Shown: positions 29,261 through 39,770, numbered from the stretch's first letter. The stretch is DNA of 64,000 nt from a virus (IMGVR_UViG_3300020492_000001:1-64000), one strand, 5' to 3'. Made by a program: numbers and translations. The notes: a model not told the origin generated them from the letters alone.

Positions 29261-31276
29261 CTAACTACCAAAATATTCATGGTCCTCTTCAGGATTAGTT
29301 GGACGCTTAAAATCTCCAGCAGGAATTACGTTACCATTTTTATCAGTTATCCAATTTCCTAAACTAAAAGGGTCTTCTGATTCTTTAGTATTATCATCTC
29401 TTGGAGCCGCCACTACACTGATAGATTGCATTAAAGCAATACCATAAGCATCCGCCAAGTCATTATCACTTCCTATCTCCACTTCATCAAAGTTACCTAA
29501 TTGATTAATTAATTCAGGAAACCATATATTTTGACAGTAATCATGTATAGATGTTTGCATAGCTCCAACCATTAATGGACGGCTATAAGTATTTAATGAA
29601 ACCCAAAATTCATGTGACTGCTCACTATTCATACTCTCAAATTTCTTAGGTCTCGGCGCTAAGTATCTCATACAATTATGGTTTTCATACCATTTTATAA
29701 TACCTGAACTACCAGCCTTATCTCCTAATGTATTACCAACTAAATCATAATAAACAGATAGTTTTAAACACATATCAAAGAATATCTCTTTTCTTTTAGG
29801 ACGAGTACATATAACCGCCACTGGCATATTAAATGGAATACCAAAAGTATTAGGACGAGACATTACACACATAGCTCCTAGAGATTTAGACACACCTTTA
29901 TCTTGATCGTAAGGGTCAATTCCTCCAACATAAAGATTCTTATACTTTTTATCAGGATGGTATTCATCAAGTATTAATATACAATCTCCTTCGTCATCAG
30001 TATCTTTTGCAGGAATAGCTTTTATTCTTAATGGATTTACTCTTTCTAATGTTCCTTCTTTAGTTACCCATTCTAATTTCCACTTTGAATACTTATTCTT
30101 ATTTACTGTTATCTCGTCTTGTTGGGAATTTATCTTCTGTATATCGAAGTTATTACTAAACATCTTTCTAAATATCTCCGCCTCGTTTATTGGATTATTC
30201 TGTAAATGCTCCATGTATTTCTTTAAATCCCCTTTCTTTAACCTCTCTCTCTCTTCCATAATATTCTCCATGGCAGCTTCAGTGTCTTCCATTCCTATTA
30301 TTTGGTATGGTTTATACTTCTTTAAAAGATTAGGTGTTACCGATACGTCTTTACCAAAACGAGTAGCGCCACCATAAAATGGTTTCTTAAATCTATCTCC
30401 TGTAATAAGATATTTAACAGCATTGTAATCATTAGGATTCTCCCATACTTTCTTAAAATCTTTAGAGCCTTTGTTAATATTACCTCCTGTTCCATAAATC
30501 ATAAACATTCCAACTTGTGTATCTCCATCTATTAAACAATCATTAGTAGCACTAATAAACTCACAAAGATTCTCAAATTCTCCTGATTCTTCCGCCACAA
30601 CATCATTTAAGAATAAACCCTTAAACATATTTGGGTTGTTGTGCATGGTTCTTACAAATATCTTACAAGCGTTATTTTTTAGAGTTGTCTTACCGCCGTC
30701 CATTAACTCGTATCCCGAAACTACTTCATCAGGGTTGTTTAATAGAGAGTTTACTCTAAATTCACTCTGTAACAAAGCTTCAGAATCCTCCCACTTTGTC
30801 ATAAAATCCTCTGCATACTTCTTTTGTCCTGCCGCTATACCAGCTTGGTAAGACTCACTAAATCTATATCCGTGGTCAATAACAGCCTTTTGAGTAAACT
30901 CAGATATACCTGCCCTTCGTTTCTTTCCTATTATTAAATTCTTTCCATTTGCTTTACACCACTCTATTATGTAACATAATTCTAAGTGCATATCGCAAAA
31001 GTCAGGAGTAATAATACCGTGAACCGTATTCATATTATTAAAATTCATGTAGTAGTAGAATCTTCCTGGTATAAATATTCCTCCTGTTTGGTATCCGTTT
31101 ATACATCTGTAAAGTTGTTCCGCCCAAAATGTTTCGTATTCAGTAGTCCCTATCACTTTAGTATTCTTTGCTCCATCAGCATAATCAGGAATGCCGTTAA
31201 CAACTAAAGGATTGGGCAAAAAATTTTTCCCCTTAACATAAGGCGCGAGTAATATAGGTAGTTCTTTATAGTCCAT
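29261..31276 (-). CDS. terL: terminase large subunit
   Basis: GKKRRAGISE Walker A-like, VVAEESGEF Walker B, YGTGG coupling motif, GGIDPYD and DNDLADAY nuclease motifs. Confidence 0.9.
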   Translation of the reverse strand: MDYKELPILLAPYVKGKNFLPNPLVVNGIPDYADGAKNTKVIGTTEYETFWAEQLYRCINGYQTGGIFIPGRFYYYMNFNNMNTVHGIITPDFCDMHLELCYIIEWCKANGKNLIIGKKRRAGISEFTQKAVIDHGYRFSESYQAGIAAGQKKYAEDFMTKWEDSEALLQSEFRVNSLLNNPDEVVSGYELMDGGKTTLKNNACKIFVRTMHNNPNMFKGLFLNDVVAEESGEFENLCEFISATNDCLIDGDTQVGMFMIYGTGGNINKGSKDFKKVWENPNDYNAVKYLITGDRFKKPFYGGATRFGKDVSVTPNLLKKYKPYQIIGMEDTEAAMENIMEERERLKKGDLKKYMEHLQNNPINEAEIFRKMFSNNFDIQKINSQQDEITVNKNKYSKWKLEWVTKEGTLERVNPLRIKAIPAKDTDDEGDCILILDEYHPDKKYKNLYVGGIDPYDQDKGVSKSLGAMCVMSRPNTFGIPFNMPVAVICTRPKRKEIFFDMCLKLSVYYDLVGNTLGDKAGSSGIIKWYENHNCMRYLAPRPKKFESMNSEQSHEFWVSLNTYSRPLMVGAMQTSIHDYCQNIWFPELINQLGNFDEVEIGSDNDLADAYGIALMQSISVVAAPRDDNTKESEDPFSLGNWITDKNGNVIPAGDFKRPTNPEEDHEYFGS

Positions 31277-31277
31277 C

Positions 31278-31823
31278 TTATCCTCGTTTAGCGGTTACTG
31301 ATTTAAACATCTTTTGATTAGACTTCATCTTCTCAAGGAAACTAAGTTCTGTTTTACCTTTAAGCTCTCCATCAAGCAACTTTTCTTCCACCACTTCTCT
31401 CTCTATTGCTTGGATTGCTTTTCTGAACTTATCTATTGAGTCCATAGCATTCTTAATACCTGTTGTAGAATTATCGTGGTCTAATATATTAAGAAGTTCG
31501 TCTATTTTCTTATTATACATTTCTACTAATTCAATATTTCTATTGTATTGCAAAGACTTGTATGCTTCAATAGCCGCCGATATGCGTTTTGGACGCTTAT
31601 CTTCGTTTAGTAATTCAGGTTTATTGTCCTGCCAAACGTGAAATATAGCCTTAGATACTCTTTGTCTTTCGGGAAACTGTCTGTAAATTGAATTGTAGTC
31701 GTAAGCCAAAATTATGAATAGAACTTCCTTATCTGTTAATAAGGCTAGTTGTGGCTCCAATTTTACTACATCGGGATGAAGAACTTTATTGTTCTTTTGG
31801 TCAATAAAAAATAAATAACTCAT
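31278..31823 (-). CDS. candidate terminase small subunit
   Basis: 181 aa helical protein ending 1 nt before terL; synteny only. Confidence 0.4.
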   Translation of the reverse strand: MSYLFFIDQKNNKVLHPDVVKLEPQLALLTDKEVLFIILAYDYNSIYRQFPERQRVSKAIFHVWQDNKPELLNEDKRPKRISAAIEAYKSLQYNRNIELVEMYNKKIDELLNILDHDNSTTGIKNAMDSIDKFRKAIQAIEREVVEEKLLDGELKGKTELSFLEKMKSNQKMFKSVTAKRG

Positions 31824-31893
31824 AATAAATTGTTTTTCGCAAAAAAGCGATAGGTAACATCTCGTTCCTATCGCCTAAATTAATAAATTTTCT

Positions 31894-32079
31894 TTAATGT
31901 TTGTGATTGTTCTTATAAACTACACTTGTACTTATGTATCTCTTGTAATATAAAGGAGTGTCTTGGAACTGTTTATTGTAGTCTTTTATAAGAGTCTTTT
32001 TATCTTTATTAGCTACAACTACTACTATTATACATCCTCCGATACTGAAAAACAAAACTAAGGTTGCTAGAAATTTCAT
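31894..32079 (-). CDS. small membrane/secreted protein
   Basis: Hydrophobic N-terminus. Confidence 0.4.
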   Translation of the reverse strand: MKFLATLVLFFSIGGCIIVVVVANKDKKTLIKDYNKQFQDTPLYYKRYISTSVVYKNNHKH

Positions 32080-32081
32080 AC

Positions 32082-32300
32082 TTAATCGGTCGTAAAAACA
32101 TCAACTATTTCACAGTTTTTAAAGTGAATATTCTTATCTCCACCTAAATTTACAACTTGAGGTTTACACCCTCCTTTTGAACTATCCCATTCGATTATAC
32201 CTTTTTCTAAGGCGTCTTTAGATATTTCTTTCATTGTTTTTGAACCTGGTAACGACTTTACGTCATAACCTAAAATCCATCCTTTTTCTTTATTTTCCAT
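32082..32300 (-). CDS. hypothetical protein
   Basis: Co-oriented ORF in tight operon. Confidence 0.45.
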   Translation of the reverse strand: MENKEKGWILGYDVKSLPGSKTMKEISKDALEKGIIEWDSSKGGCKPQVVNLGGDKNIHFKNCEIVDVFTTD

Positions 32301-32315
32301 TTTTTTACGTTTTTT

Positions 32316-32774
32316 TTATTTAAATATACCAATCATTTCTAATACAGACGCTAATTCAGATTTATTTTTAATGTCACCATTAAATAAATACGCTGGACGC
32401 TCGTTAATTCCCATAGTTTCTTTATTATAAATTGATATAATGACCTTGTTAATATCTTTAGTTATTCCTTGTAGATTCTCTATAAAATAAATTAAATGTT
32501 TTTTCTCTAATTGATAAACTTTATGTTGTCCATTAAACATCATTCTCTCATCGTAAAAATGTATTGTCTCATTTATTTTAAATCCAAAACTTTTTATATC
32601 ATCTTCATTTAAACACTTAACTCTAATCAACCCTTTAAATAATTTGTCTTCTAAGATTTCAAAAGTATCATAAAATTCAAACATGCCGTTAAGCCATTCG
32701 ACACAAAACTCTTCGTATTCAAATCCAATATAAAACTCTGTTGCTACAGGCGTGTAATATTTTTCTTTTTCCAT
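32316..32774 (-). CDS. hypothetical protein
   Basis: Co-oriented ORF; palindrome upstream. Confidence 0.55.
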   Translation of the reverse strand: MEKEKYYTPVATEFYIGFEYEEFCVEWLNGMFEFYDTFEILEDKLFKGLIRVKCLNEDDIKSFGFKINETIHFYDERMMFNGQHKVYQLEKKHLIYFIENLQGITKDINKVIISIYNKETMGINERPAYLFNGDIKNKSELASVLEMIGIFK

Positions 32775-32795
32775 TTTTTTATTTTTTACGTTTTT

Positions 32796-32813
32796 TAATT
32801 CAATTTTGAGTTA
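32796..32813. promoter_or_regulatory. 18-bp palindrome copy
   Basis: TAATTCAA-TT-TTGAGTTA. Confidence 0.65.
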
Positions 32814-32817
32814 TTTT

Positions 32818-33630
32818 TTAAAATATTTCTTCATCATCCGCCGATACATCCACAAAATCTGCTTTTACAGTATTATCTAACATATCCTTTATTTCGTCTT
32901 GGAAAGTTTCTAATAGTATCTTAATATCATTCTTTAAATACATTGTCGGTACAACTTCGTTCTTATAGCTTATTAATTTATTATTAGAATCAAATACAGG
33001 AGTGATTAAATCTATAAATACTTTCTCGCACTTTCTCCCAGTCAATTCCTCGAATAAATGGCTATAATAAGATAATTGTAGGCTGATTTTAGTAAACTTT
33101 GTATTAGACAAGTGTTCAAATGGAGCGTTTAAGAAAGGTTGGCCACTAACAGTAAATAGAGAATCGTATCCTTTAACAAAGCATTTAAAGTCAGATAACA
33201 CAAACTTACTATCTTTACGATTAGAAGTTAAACTTAATTTATCCCAACTCCCCGCTACTCTGTATTTCTTAGAGTAGGGGATTCCTTGCTCAAATGTTTT
33301 CGAGTAGTTTCTGTACTTATACAATACATCTACAACGCAAGTTCTTAAATCTTCATCACTTTCATCTAAAGTAGCCGTTTGAGCATATCTTTCTAAAGCA
33401 GCATCTACTCTTGATCCGTTTACAGCAGTTTGTTCCCATCCTTGTCTTATCTCGCTTGCAGACTTGTCTCCGTGTTTACTTACTAGCTTACTGATACCTA
33501 CTGCGTCAAACTTCTTTACAAGTTTACCATATAGTGCCGAAAATGAGATGTATTGATTACCTTCTGAATCAAAATACTTGTGTTCGTTAGGTTCTAAATA
33601 CACCTCATTTGGAAATAGATTATGAATCAT
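32818..33630 (-). CDS. PD-(D/E)XK (Cas4-like/exonuclease) nuclease
   Basis: FEQG...VAGSWDKL...LSDFKC...LQLSYY motif order. Confidence 0.7.
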   Translation of the reverse strand: MIHNLFPNEVYLEPNEHKYFDSEGNQYISFSALYGKLVKKFDAVGISKLVSKHGDKSASEIRQGWEQTAVNGSRVDAALERYAQTATLDESDEDLRTCVVDVLYKYRNYSKTFEQGIPYSKKYRVAGSWDKLSLTSNRKDSKFVLSDFKCFVKGYDSLFTVSGQPFLNAPFEHLSNTKFTKISLQLSYYSHLFEELTGRKCEKVFIDLITPVFDSNNKLISYKNEVVPTMYLKNDIKILLETFQDEIKDMLDNTVKADFVDVSADDEEIF

Positions 33631-33632
33631 AT

Positions 33633-34421
33633 TTATTTTTTAAGTTTAATTGGTTCTGCTATTTTTAATTCTAAAGGCTCAATTTCATCTTCTTGTGGCA
33701 TAGTAGCTTCCCATACTTCTTGAGATTCATCACTCATTGGGTCCATATCTAACATCAATGGTTCTATATTAGTTTCTAAAGATACTTCTTCCACTTCTCC
33801 TTCTTCATATACTTCATCAGGACGAATAACTAAACATCCTAGTTTCTCAAGGATAGATTGACAGTAATCCGCTTTCTCTTCCGCCGACATCTCATTTAAC
33901 TTATCTAAATCCATACTCTTATCCTTACCATGACGGATATAGCTTATCATTAAGTCTTCATCACTAATCTGCTTTAACCCCTTCTCATACTGCTCAACTT
34001 CTTCTAATAATGACTCTACTACATTCATAACTGTATCAAAATACTCATAATCATCGCTAGAATCTGTCTTTGGAGTACTTAATGTAATAGTCTTAGTATC
34101 AAATACTCGGCTTGCTACCTTAATCTTAAAGTAACCAGTAACACCCTTCTCAAACTCAATAGATAATACATCGCATCCGTCAAGCAACATTAGTTTTTCA
34201 TTCTTAGTTGTACTATCTGTTATTAAACCACAAATATTTAAAGCAAAAAAACGAAACTCTTTAAGTTTGTCTTCTAAGTCTCTTGAAATAGGATGCTTTT
34301 TAGTTAACTTGAAGCCGTCTTCAGTAATCTTGTTGTTCTTAGCCACATCTTCGCGACCCTCTAGGATTAATCCCTTTAAACCTCCTGAATTAACAGTGAT
34401 TTTACTAATTGTTCTTTTCAT
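33633..34421 (-). CDS. hypothetical protein with acidic C-terminus
   Basis: 262 aa co-oriented ORF. Confidence 0.6.
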   Translation of the reverse strand: MKRTISKITVNSGGLKGLILEGREDVAKNNKITEDGFKLTKKHPISRDLEDKLKEFRFFALNICGLITDSTTKNEKLMLLDGCDVLSIEFEKGVTGYFKIKVASRVFDTKTITLSTPKTDSSDDYEYFDTVMNVVESLLEEVEQYEKGLKQISDEDLMISYIRHGKDKSMDLDKLNEMSAEEKADYCQSILEKLGCLVIRPDEVYEEGEVEEVSLETNIEPLMLDMDPMSDESQEVWEATMPQEDEIEPLELKIAEPIKLKK

Positions 34422-34543
34422 ATATTTATTTGGTTTTTAATTAAATCTGTAATAAATTAATAAATCTCCTTCTTCATTTATAAATAAGCTTCCTGTACTA
34501 TTCATAAAGTAATTTCTATGAGTACTATAACTATATGTTTGAT

Positions 34544-34885
34544 TTATAAATCTATCCATGTTCTTTCTCCGTTTTCATACCATAAGTAATCATCAATGTT
34601 ATTAAATACAATAATAGTAACCGTAACTCTCTGACTACATCTCACAACCCTCTTATCCATATCCTCAAGTAAGTGTTTACTTCTATCTAAGTACTGAGCG
34701 TTTAATCCTACTTGTATGCTAAAAGGAAGTTTATTACCACTCGGATCAAAAGCTAAATTATCGTCAGCATAAACAGAAGCATCAACCACAGGATCTCTTT
34801 CACTACCACTATACAGTTCCATATACTGTAAATCATATACACTATCGTATATCGCGTAAGGCTTTATCTTATTAATTGACACCAT
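34544..34885 (-). CDS. hypothetical protein
   Basis: Co-oriented ORF; palindrome upstream. Confidence 0.5.
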   Translation of the reverse strand: MVSINKIKPYAIYDSVYDLQYMELYSGSERDPVVDASVYADDNLAFDPSGNKLPFSIQVGLNAQYLDRSKHLLEDMDKRVVRCSQRVTVTIIVFNNIDDYLWYENGERTWIDL

Positions 34886-34921
34886 GCTAAATTAATTACT
34901 TTTTTATTAATTACCTATTTT

Positions 34922-35158
34922 TTAACTCAAAGTTGAGTTACTTTTTAAATACCATTCATAAATATCATCATTTATTCTCTCTATCGGGCCATAAGGAAAT
35001 GGACTCTTATTCCATAATATAAAGTCTATATCTTCTTCATCCGCCTTAGGGAAGTAATACAACACTAATTCATGTGGCATCATATCTTCTATTAATGTTA
35101 ACTTCTGCATATCTGTCTTTCTATCCACCATTTCGGCGGAACTCTTATCTTCTCCCAT
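34922..35158 (-). CDS. hypothetical protein
   Basis: Directly downstream of the promoter motif at 35165-35193. Confidence 0.5.
   Translation of the reverse strand: MGEDKSSAEMVDRKTDMQKLTLIEDMMPHELVLYYFPKADEEDIDFILWNKSPFPYGPIERINDDIYEWYLKSNSTLS
34923..34940. promoter_or_regulatory. 18-bp palindrome copy (perfect arms)
   Basis: TAACTCAA-AG-TTGAGTTA. Confidence 0.75.
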
Positions 35159-35164
35159 ATACCC

Positions 35165-35193
35165 TTATACTTAATTATCTTTTAAAAGGTTAC
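35165..35193 (-). promoter_or_regulatory. ECF-like promoter motif
   Basis: GTAACC-N16-AGTATAA. Confidence 0.65.
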
Positions 35194-35366
35194 AACTAAA
35201 TTAAACTATTTACTAAAATCTTTAATCACTACCGTCCACTTACTAAACCTCTTAACCTTATCCAAATCCCCTACAATCCACCTCTCATCCACCCAATCCC
35301 ACATCAACACCTTTCCTGCCCTCGCCTTCTTTACTTGTCTCAGAAACCCCTTACTTGCCGTTATTC

Positions 35367-35573
35367 TCATCTCCAACTTATTTTACATATAATATACAAA
35401 TCAAACACCTCTTCATCAGATAACTTATCCAAACTCCCCCAACTAGTCCTCCCATATTGGTCACTATAACTATGCCCAGCTTTCTTAACTAATCCATTAC
35501 TAAACTCAGAGTAATTAACCCCAATACCCATAACCAAGGCTTCCAAATCTTTTCTATCTAATTCTACTTGCAT
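35367..35573 (-). CDS. hypothetical protein
   Basis: Directly downstream of the promoter motif at 35590-35618. Confidence 0.55.
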   Translation of the reverse strand: MQVELDRKDLEALVMGIGVNYSEFSNGLVKKAGHSYSDQYGRTSWGSLDKLSDEEVFDLYIICKISWR

Positions 35574-35589
35574 ATCTCTTTTTTACTGC

Positions 35590-35618
35590 TTATACGCAAG
35601 TACTTTCCTAAAGGTTAC
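35590..35618 (-). promoter_or_regulatory. ECF-like promoter motif
   Basis: GTAACC-N16-CGTATAA. Confidence 0.7.
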
Positions 35619-35968
35619 GTTATACCTCAAATATTTTATTGATTATTTAAACAACGAATTTTTTTTATTTTTAAAATTATTTTTATGGTACTATATAGGT
35701 TGAATTTCCGAATAGAAAGTAAAGTCGGGGGTACGGGGGATAAGAGAAAGCCATAAGGATAAACAGATAATTGAAATTAGGATTTTTACAGGTTAGTAAA
35801 TTAGGATTTATATATAGTAAATTGGTTTATACTATGCTAGTAGTAAATGATATAAATTAGTAATGTGATATATATAAAATTATTATTTTAATATAGCCGC
35901 CGCCTTGCATAATCATTTTACACAGCCACCAACATACAACACACTAACCAAGGAACAACACACGTTTA

Positions 35969-35986
35969 TAACTCAAACTTGAGTCA
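35969..35986. promoter_or_regulatory. 18-bp palindrome copy
   Basis: TAACTCAA-AC-TTGAGTCA. Confidence 0.7.
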
Positions 35987-35993
35987 GAATAAC

Positions 35994-36440
35994 CGACAAC
36001 AAACGGATAATAAACGACAACAAACGGATAAATAGCCCTTACCGTTCATCAAGCTATACAACCGTTCATGTAATAGATCCTTTTTTAACATATTTATAGT
36101 AAGTTTGGCACACGATTAAACGACAACAAACGGCTATTTAAGCAATTACCGTTAATCCTGGATTATTACCACTTATGTAATAAATTAAATTTATGTGATT
36201 TTGGCACGATATTATTTAAAACTATCATTTTTGGGCTGAGTATAAAGGTTAAGTAAATAGGGTAAATTAAAACTAAATTTTAACACACTATTTTTACATA
36301 CTGTTTACCGCTCATCAAATAGGTAGTTCATATTGATAGTTTGGCACACTTTTAGATTTTTGTAAAGCCCCTATTTATAGGCTTTTTGAGGCATTCCATT
36401 TGTTGTCGATTAAGTTTAGTTATTTACTTACCGTTCATGT
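35994..36440 (+). repeat. cluster of short direct repeats in the long intergenic region
   Basis: CGACAACAAACGG at 35994, 36015, 36121; ACCGTTCAT at 36041, 36061, 36430; TTTGGCAC at about 36104, 36200, 36340. Confidence 0.75.
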
Positions 36441-36522
36441 AGTATTCACATAGTGAGTTTAAAGTATTTGTACATTTGAATAAGGAAACAAACTAATATA
36501 AACCCTTTAATAAATAGAAATT

Positions 36523-36942
36523 ATGAAAAACCCAACTAAAAAAGAACTAATGTATAATAACATTAAAAGACACGGCGAAAACCTAAATACTATTTTTAAC
36601 ACTGGTATTGAACCAATAGAACTATGTAAAAAACTGTTTAGAGTAGAAAGAAAAGCCCACCACGCAACAACATGTTTATTAAATACTAATACTTTACATT
36701 TATTAGAACTAAACAAATTAACAGGATACGACGTAAAACAAACAACCGAAGAAGAACAAGAGAAGTTTTTTAACGGTATTGAAAAGCAAATTGTTAAGAT
36801 ATTAGGCGACAAAGCGAAAGATTTAGTATATATCAATTTTGACGCTAGAGGATACGCTTTAAAGATTAAAAGCGAAAAAGCAATAGATTTAAACATTTAT
36901 AAAGATTTTGGCGGATACGGTATAATTGCACCCGAATTTTAA
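36523..36942 (+). CDS. early-region hypothetical protein
   Basis: First plus-strand ORF, preceded by TACATTTG at 36471. Confidence 0.65.
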   Translation: MKNPTKKELMYNNIKRHGENLNTIFNTGIEPIELCKKLFRVERKAHHATTCLLNTNTLHLLELNKLTGYDVKQTTEEEQEKFFNGIEKQIVKILGDKAKDLVYINFDARGYALKIKSEKAIDLNIYKDFGGYGIIAPEF

Positions 36943-37025
36943 ACACAAAATGCGTTTTGTCCACCGAGTGAATACCAATGTTTACAGGCTTTTAACATTT
37001 TTAACCCCCTTAAAAAACTAATCCC

Positions 37026-37274
37026 ATGAAAAACCCACAAATAACCTTAAAACTTCGCGACCTAATGAATAGAGAAAGACAAGCGAAAAACGACCTAATT
37101 GGTTGTATATTAGACAATTACAGAGAAACAGCGCCACATTTAGTTAATGGTGACACATTTAACCAGTTGTATGATATGGAAATGTACCAACTAAATGACA
37201 TTTTAAGCGACTTAATTAGTGAATTATACGCAAATATTGAACAACAACTAGAGAGATTTAAACAACGTAACTAA
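37026..37274 (+). CDS. early-region hypothetical protein
   Basis: Co-oriented ORF. Confidence 0.55.
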   Translation: MKNPQITLKLRDLMNRERQAKNDLIGCILDNYRETAPHLVNGDTFNQLYDMEMYQLNDILSDLISELYANIEQQLERFKQRN

Positions 37275-37412
37275 TTGATTTTTAAGTTGTTGGAAGTATA
37301 AGAATTATATAATACACATTACAATATGCTTATATACTATCCGACAACAAACGACTACCAACGTATTAAGGTTAAGTATTAAAGGTAAATTAACAATTTA
37401 AAATATAAAGAC

Positions 37413-37712
37413 ATGAAAAACGAAGTTAAGACAATAGATATTCAAGCTAAAGAGTGGTTTGATAAGTTAAACGGCAATAGTTACTTTTCGGGCTTAGTAA
37501 CGGTTAACTATGGAATGGCAGATGCTAAAGAATTTATAATGCCGTTTCAATATGGTTACGGTAGTAGTTACGAGAGTACAGGATTAAGTATAATAAGAAA
37601 GGCTTATAAATTAGATAGTGTGTATACTAGTGATTTAAGAGATAATGGTATTATAGTACGTTCTAATATAGAAAGAAAGTGTAAACAAAGAGAGTTAAAA
37701 GAGTATAAATAG
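37413..37712 (+). CDS. early-region hypothetical protein
   Basis: Co-oriented ORF. Confidence 0.6.
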   Translation: MKNEVKTIDIQAKEWFDKLNGNSYFSGLVTVNYGMADAKEFIMPFQYGYGSSYESTGLSIIRKAYKLDSVYTSDLRDNGIIVRSNIERKCKQRELKEYK

Positions 37713-37768
37713 ATACAGCCGCCGAAGTGTAAAAACGATTTTTAAATCCTAATTAATAAACGGAATTA

Positions 37769-37786
37769 TAACGCAAACTTGAGTTA
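37769..37786. promoter_or_regulatory. 18-bp palindrome copy
   Basis: TAACGCAA-AC-TTGAGTTA. Confidence 0.65.
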
Positions 37787-37809
37787 AAAACAATCTAAAA
37801 TTTAAGAAA

Positions 37810-38013
37810 ATGATAAGCTATTTAAACCATACAGAAACAGAAAGTACAAAAGCCCATACAGATATAATGTTAAATGGTGAATATATAGGATACTATATTA
37901 AAGATAATGAAGTTTTAACCGCATTCATTGAGATAGATAGAGAAATGTACGCAGGCGACTTCAAAAACACTAAACAATTAGAAATAACAATCAAAAACAT
38001 AATAAACCCCTAA
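37810..38013 (+). CDS. early-region hypothetical protein
   Basis: Co-oriented ORF. Confidence 0.5.
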   Translation: MISYLNHTETESTKAHTDIMLNGEYIGYYIKDNEVLTAFIEIDREMYAGDFKNTKQLEITIKNIINP

Positions 38014-38026
38014 AAACCCAAAAACC

Positions 38027-38236
38027 ATGAAAACAGTAATTTTAACACTAGCAAGCACAATTTTATTAAATAGCTGCACACTACACAAATTTAACGTTGA
38101 CGCCTGCCCGAAATGGACAAACAACATTAAAAACCCTGACAATTTAGAATTTATCGAAGAAGTAGCCTTTAATCTTAATAAAGCACCTCAACAAGTAACA
38201 CAGACAGAATTTAACGCTAGATATGCAAACAACTAA
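38027..38236 (+). CDS. small putative lipoprotein
   Basis: MKTVILTLASTILLNSC, signal peptide with lipobox-like LNSC. Confidence 0.5.
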   Translation: MKTVILTLASTILLNSCTLHKFNVDACPKWTNNIKNPDNLEFIEEVAFNLNKAPQQVTQTEFNARYANN

Positions 38237-38281
38237 TAAAAACCCCTAAACAATAAATAAACCCCTTAATAATTAGAAACC

Positions 38282-38527
38282 ATGGTAAGTAAAGCAACAA
38301 TAAAAGGATTAGATTTTAATACTATTGAAGAATATTTTGAATATATTTTAGATAGTAGGACCAACGGCCAACGCAAGCAAGCCCAGGAATTATATAAAAA
38401 ACTAAGTACAAGACAGAAAAACGATTTCGAAAATTGGTTTGACGTTTATACATACTATGATAGAGCAGATGAGGACCAAACAACAAGCGAAAGTATAAAT
38501 GATATGCTTGCATATTTAAAAGATTAA
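38282..38527 (+). CDS. early-region hypothetical protein
   Basis: Co-oriented ORF. Confidence 0.55.
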   Translation: MVSKATIKGLDFNTIEEYFEYILDSRTNGQRKQAQELYKKLSTRQKNDFENWFDVYTYYDRADEDQTTSESINDMLAYLKD

Positions 38528-38565
38528 AGGAACTATAATTTAAAACCCCTAAAAACATAAAAGCC

Positions 38566-38763
38566 ATGAAAACATTAAATAATAATACTATCCAAGAAAA
38601 TAAAAGAGCTTTTTTAGCAACTTGTAACGGCGCCACAGTGAAAGAAACAGACAAAACACTATATAAATTTTGTTATATGTTTGGCCCAAAGACATTAATT
38701 TTTTGGAAAGATACAGGCAGGATAAGTGTAAGAATTCGATTTAATGATAAAGGACTCAATTAA
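38566..38763 (+). CDS. early-region hypothetical protein
   Basis: Co-oriented ORF after a GGAACTATAAT motif. Confidence 0.5.
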   Translation: MKTLNNNTIQENKRAFLATCNGATVKETDKTLYKFCYMFGPKTLIFWKDTGRISVRIRFNDKGLN

Positions 38764-38779
38764 TTAAGGGAACTATAAT

Positions 38780-38808
38780 GTAACCTTTGTATAAATAAAT
38801 TAGTATAA
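38780..38808 (+). promoter_or_regulatory. ECF-like promoter motif
   Basis: GTAACC-N16-AGTATAA. Confidence 0.65.
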
Positions 38809-39170
38809 ATATTCTAAAACCTTAAAATTATGTTATTCGATACGCCAATAAGTAAAACAAAAGTAAGAAACGGGATTTTTGCATACAAATATGCAAACGG
38901 CTGCATTAATATTAATGGAGAAAAGTTTTTTGACTACTCAGTTAAAGACGCTATTAAAATTTGGAGAAGTAAACATTAAAACCTTAAAGCCATGAAATAC
39001 GAAATAAAACTATTGACACCGCGCGGACCAATAACAGAAATTTACACAGATACGCAAGACTTAACAGAGTTTAATAAGCAAATGATAGACAAACACGGAC
39101 AGTTTATAATGCTATCATCTAACCCAATTTAATAAAGGAACTATAATATAAACCATTAATACTAAAAACC

Positions 39171-39398
39171 ATGGCAAATTTAACCAAAGCAGAAAGACAT
39201 AACAGAATGTTAAATAATACATTCGATACATACCGCAAGCAACAAGCAGAGAAAAGAGATTTTTTACCAACCGTTAACGAGTATTCACACTTCCTGGATG
39301 AAGCAGTTAAGCGACTTAAAATAACAAGAGATGAAGCGAGGAACCAATACGGCAAGTTTACACACGGCCAATGGAAAGAACTGTTACAACTATTTTAA
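39171..39398 (+). CDS. early-region hypothetical protein
   Basis: Co-oriented ORF after a GGAACTATAAT motif. Confidence 0.55.
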   Translation: MANLTKAERHNRMLNNTFDTYRKQQAEKRDFLPTVNEYSHFLDEAVKRLKITRDEARNQYGKFTHGQWKELLQLF

Positions 39399-39439
39399 AA
39401 AGGAATTATAATCAATTTTAACCCTTAATACATACAACT

Positions 39440-39730
39440 ATGAAAAACTTAACTAAATCCGACCTGGTAAACATTGAAGCATTAAAAGCAGTATTAATAA
39501 TGCTGAGTAATGATATTAAAGACGTAAAGGCAAAAGTAGATATACCCTCAAACAAGGCTGAAAAGATATTCAGTTTATACAGACATAAAGCCCAATTAAT
39601 TAACAGCGCCGCCGACAAGTACCCTCATATTAATTGGCTAAATGTAGCATTAGGAGAGGAAACAAACTCAGAAAGAAGTTTAAAAGATACAGTAAGGATC
39701 AAAATAGAGACACGTTTAAACCTTAATTAA
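39440..39730 (+). CDS. early-region hypothetical protein
   Basis: Co-oriented ORF after a GGAATTATAAT motif. Confidence 0.5.
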   Translation: MKNLTKSDLVNIEALKAVLIMLSNDIKDVKAKVDIPSNKAEKIFSLYRHKAQLINSAADKYPHINWLNVALGEETNSERSLKDTVRIKIETRLNLN

Positions 39731-39770
39731 TAAACGGAAGTATAATATTAATCACTTAAAATTAGAAATT

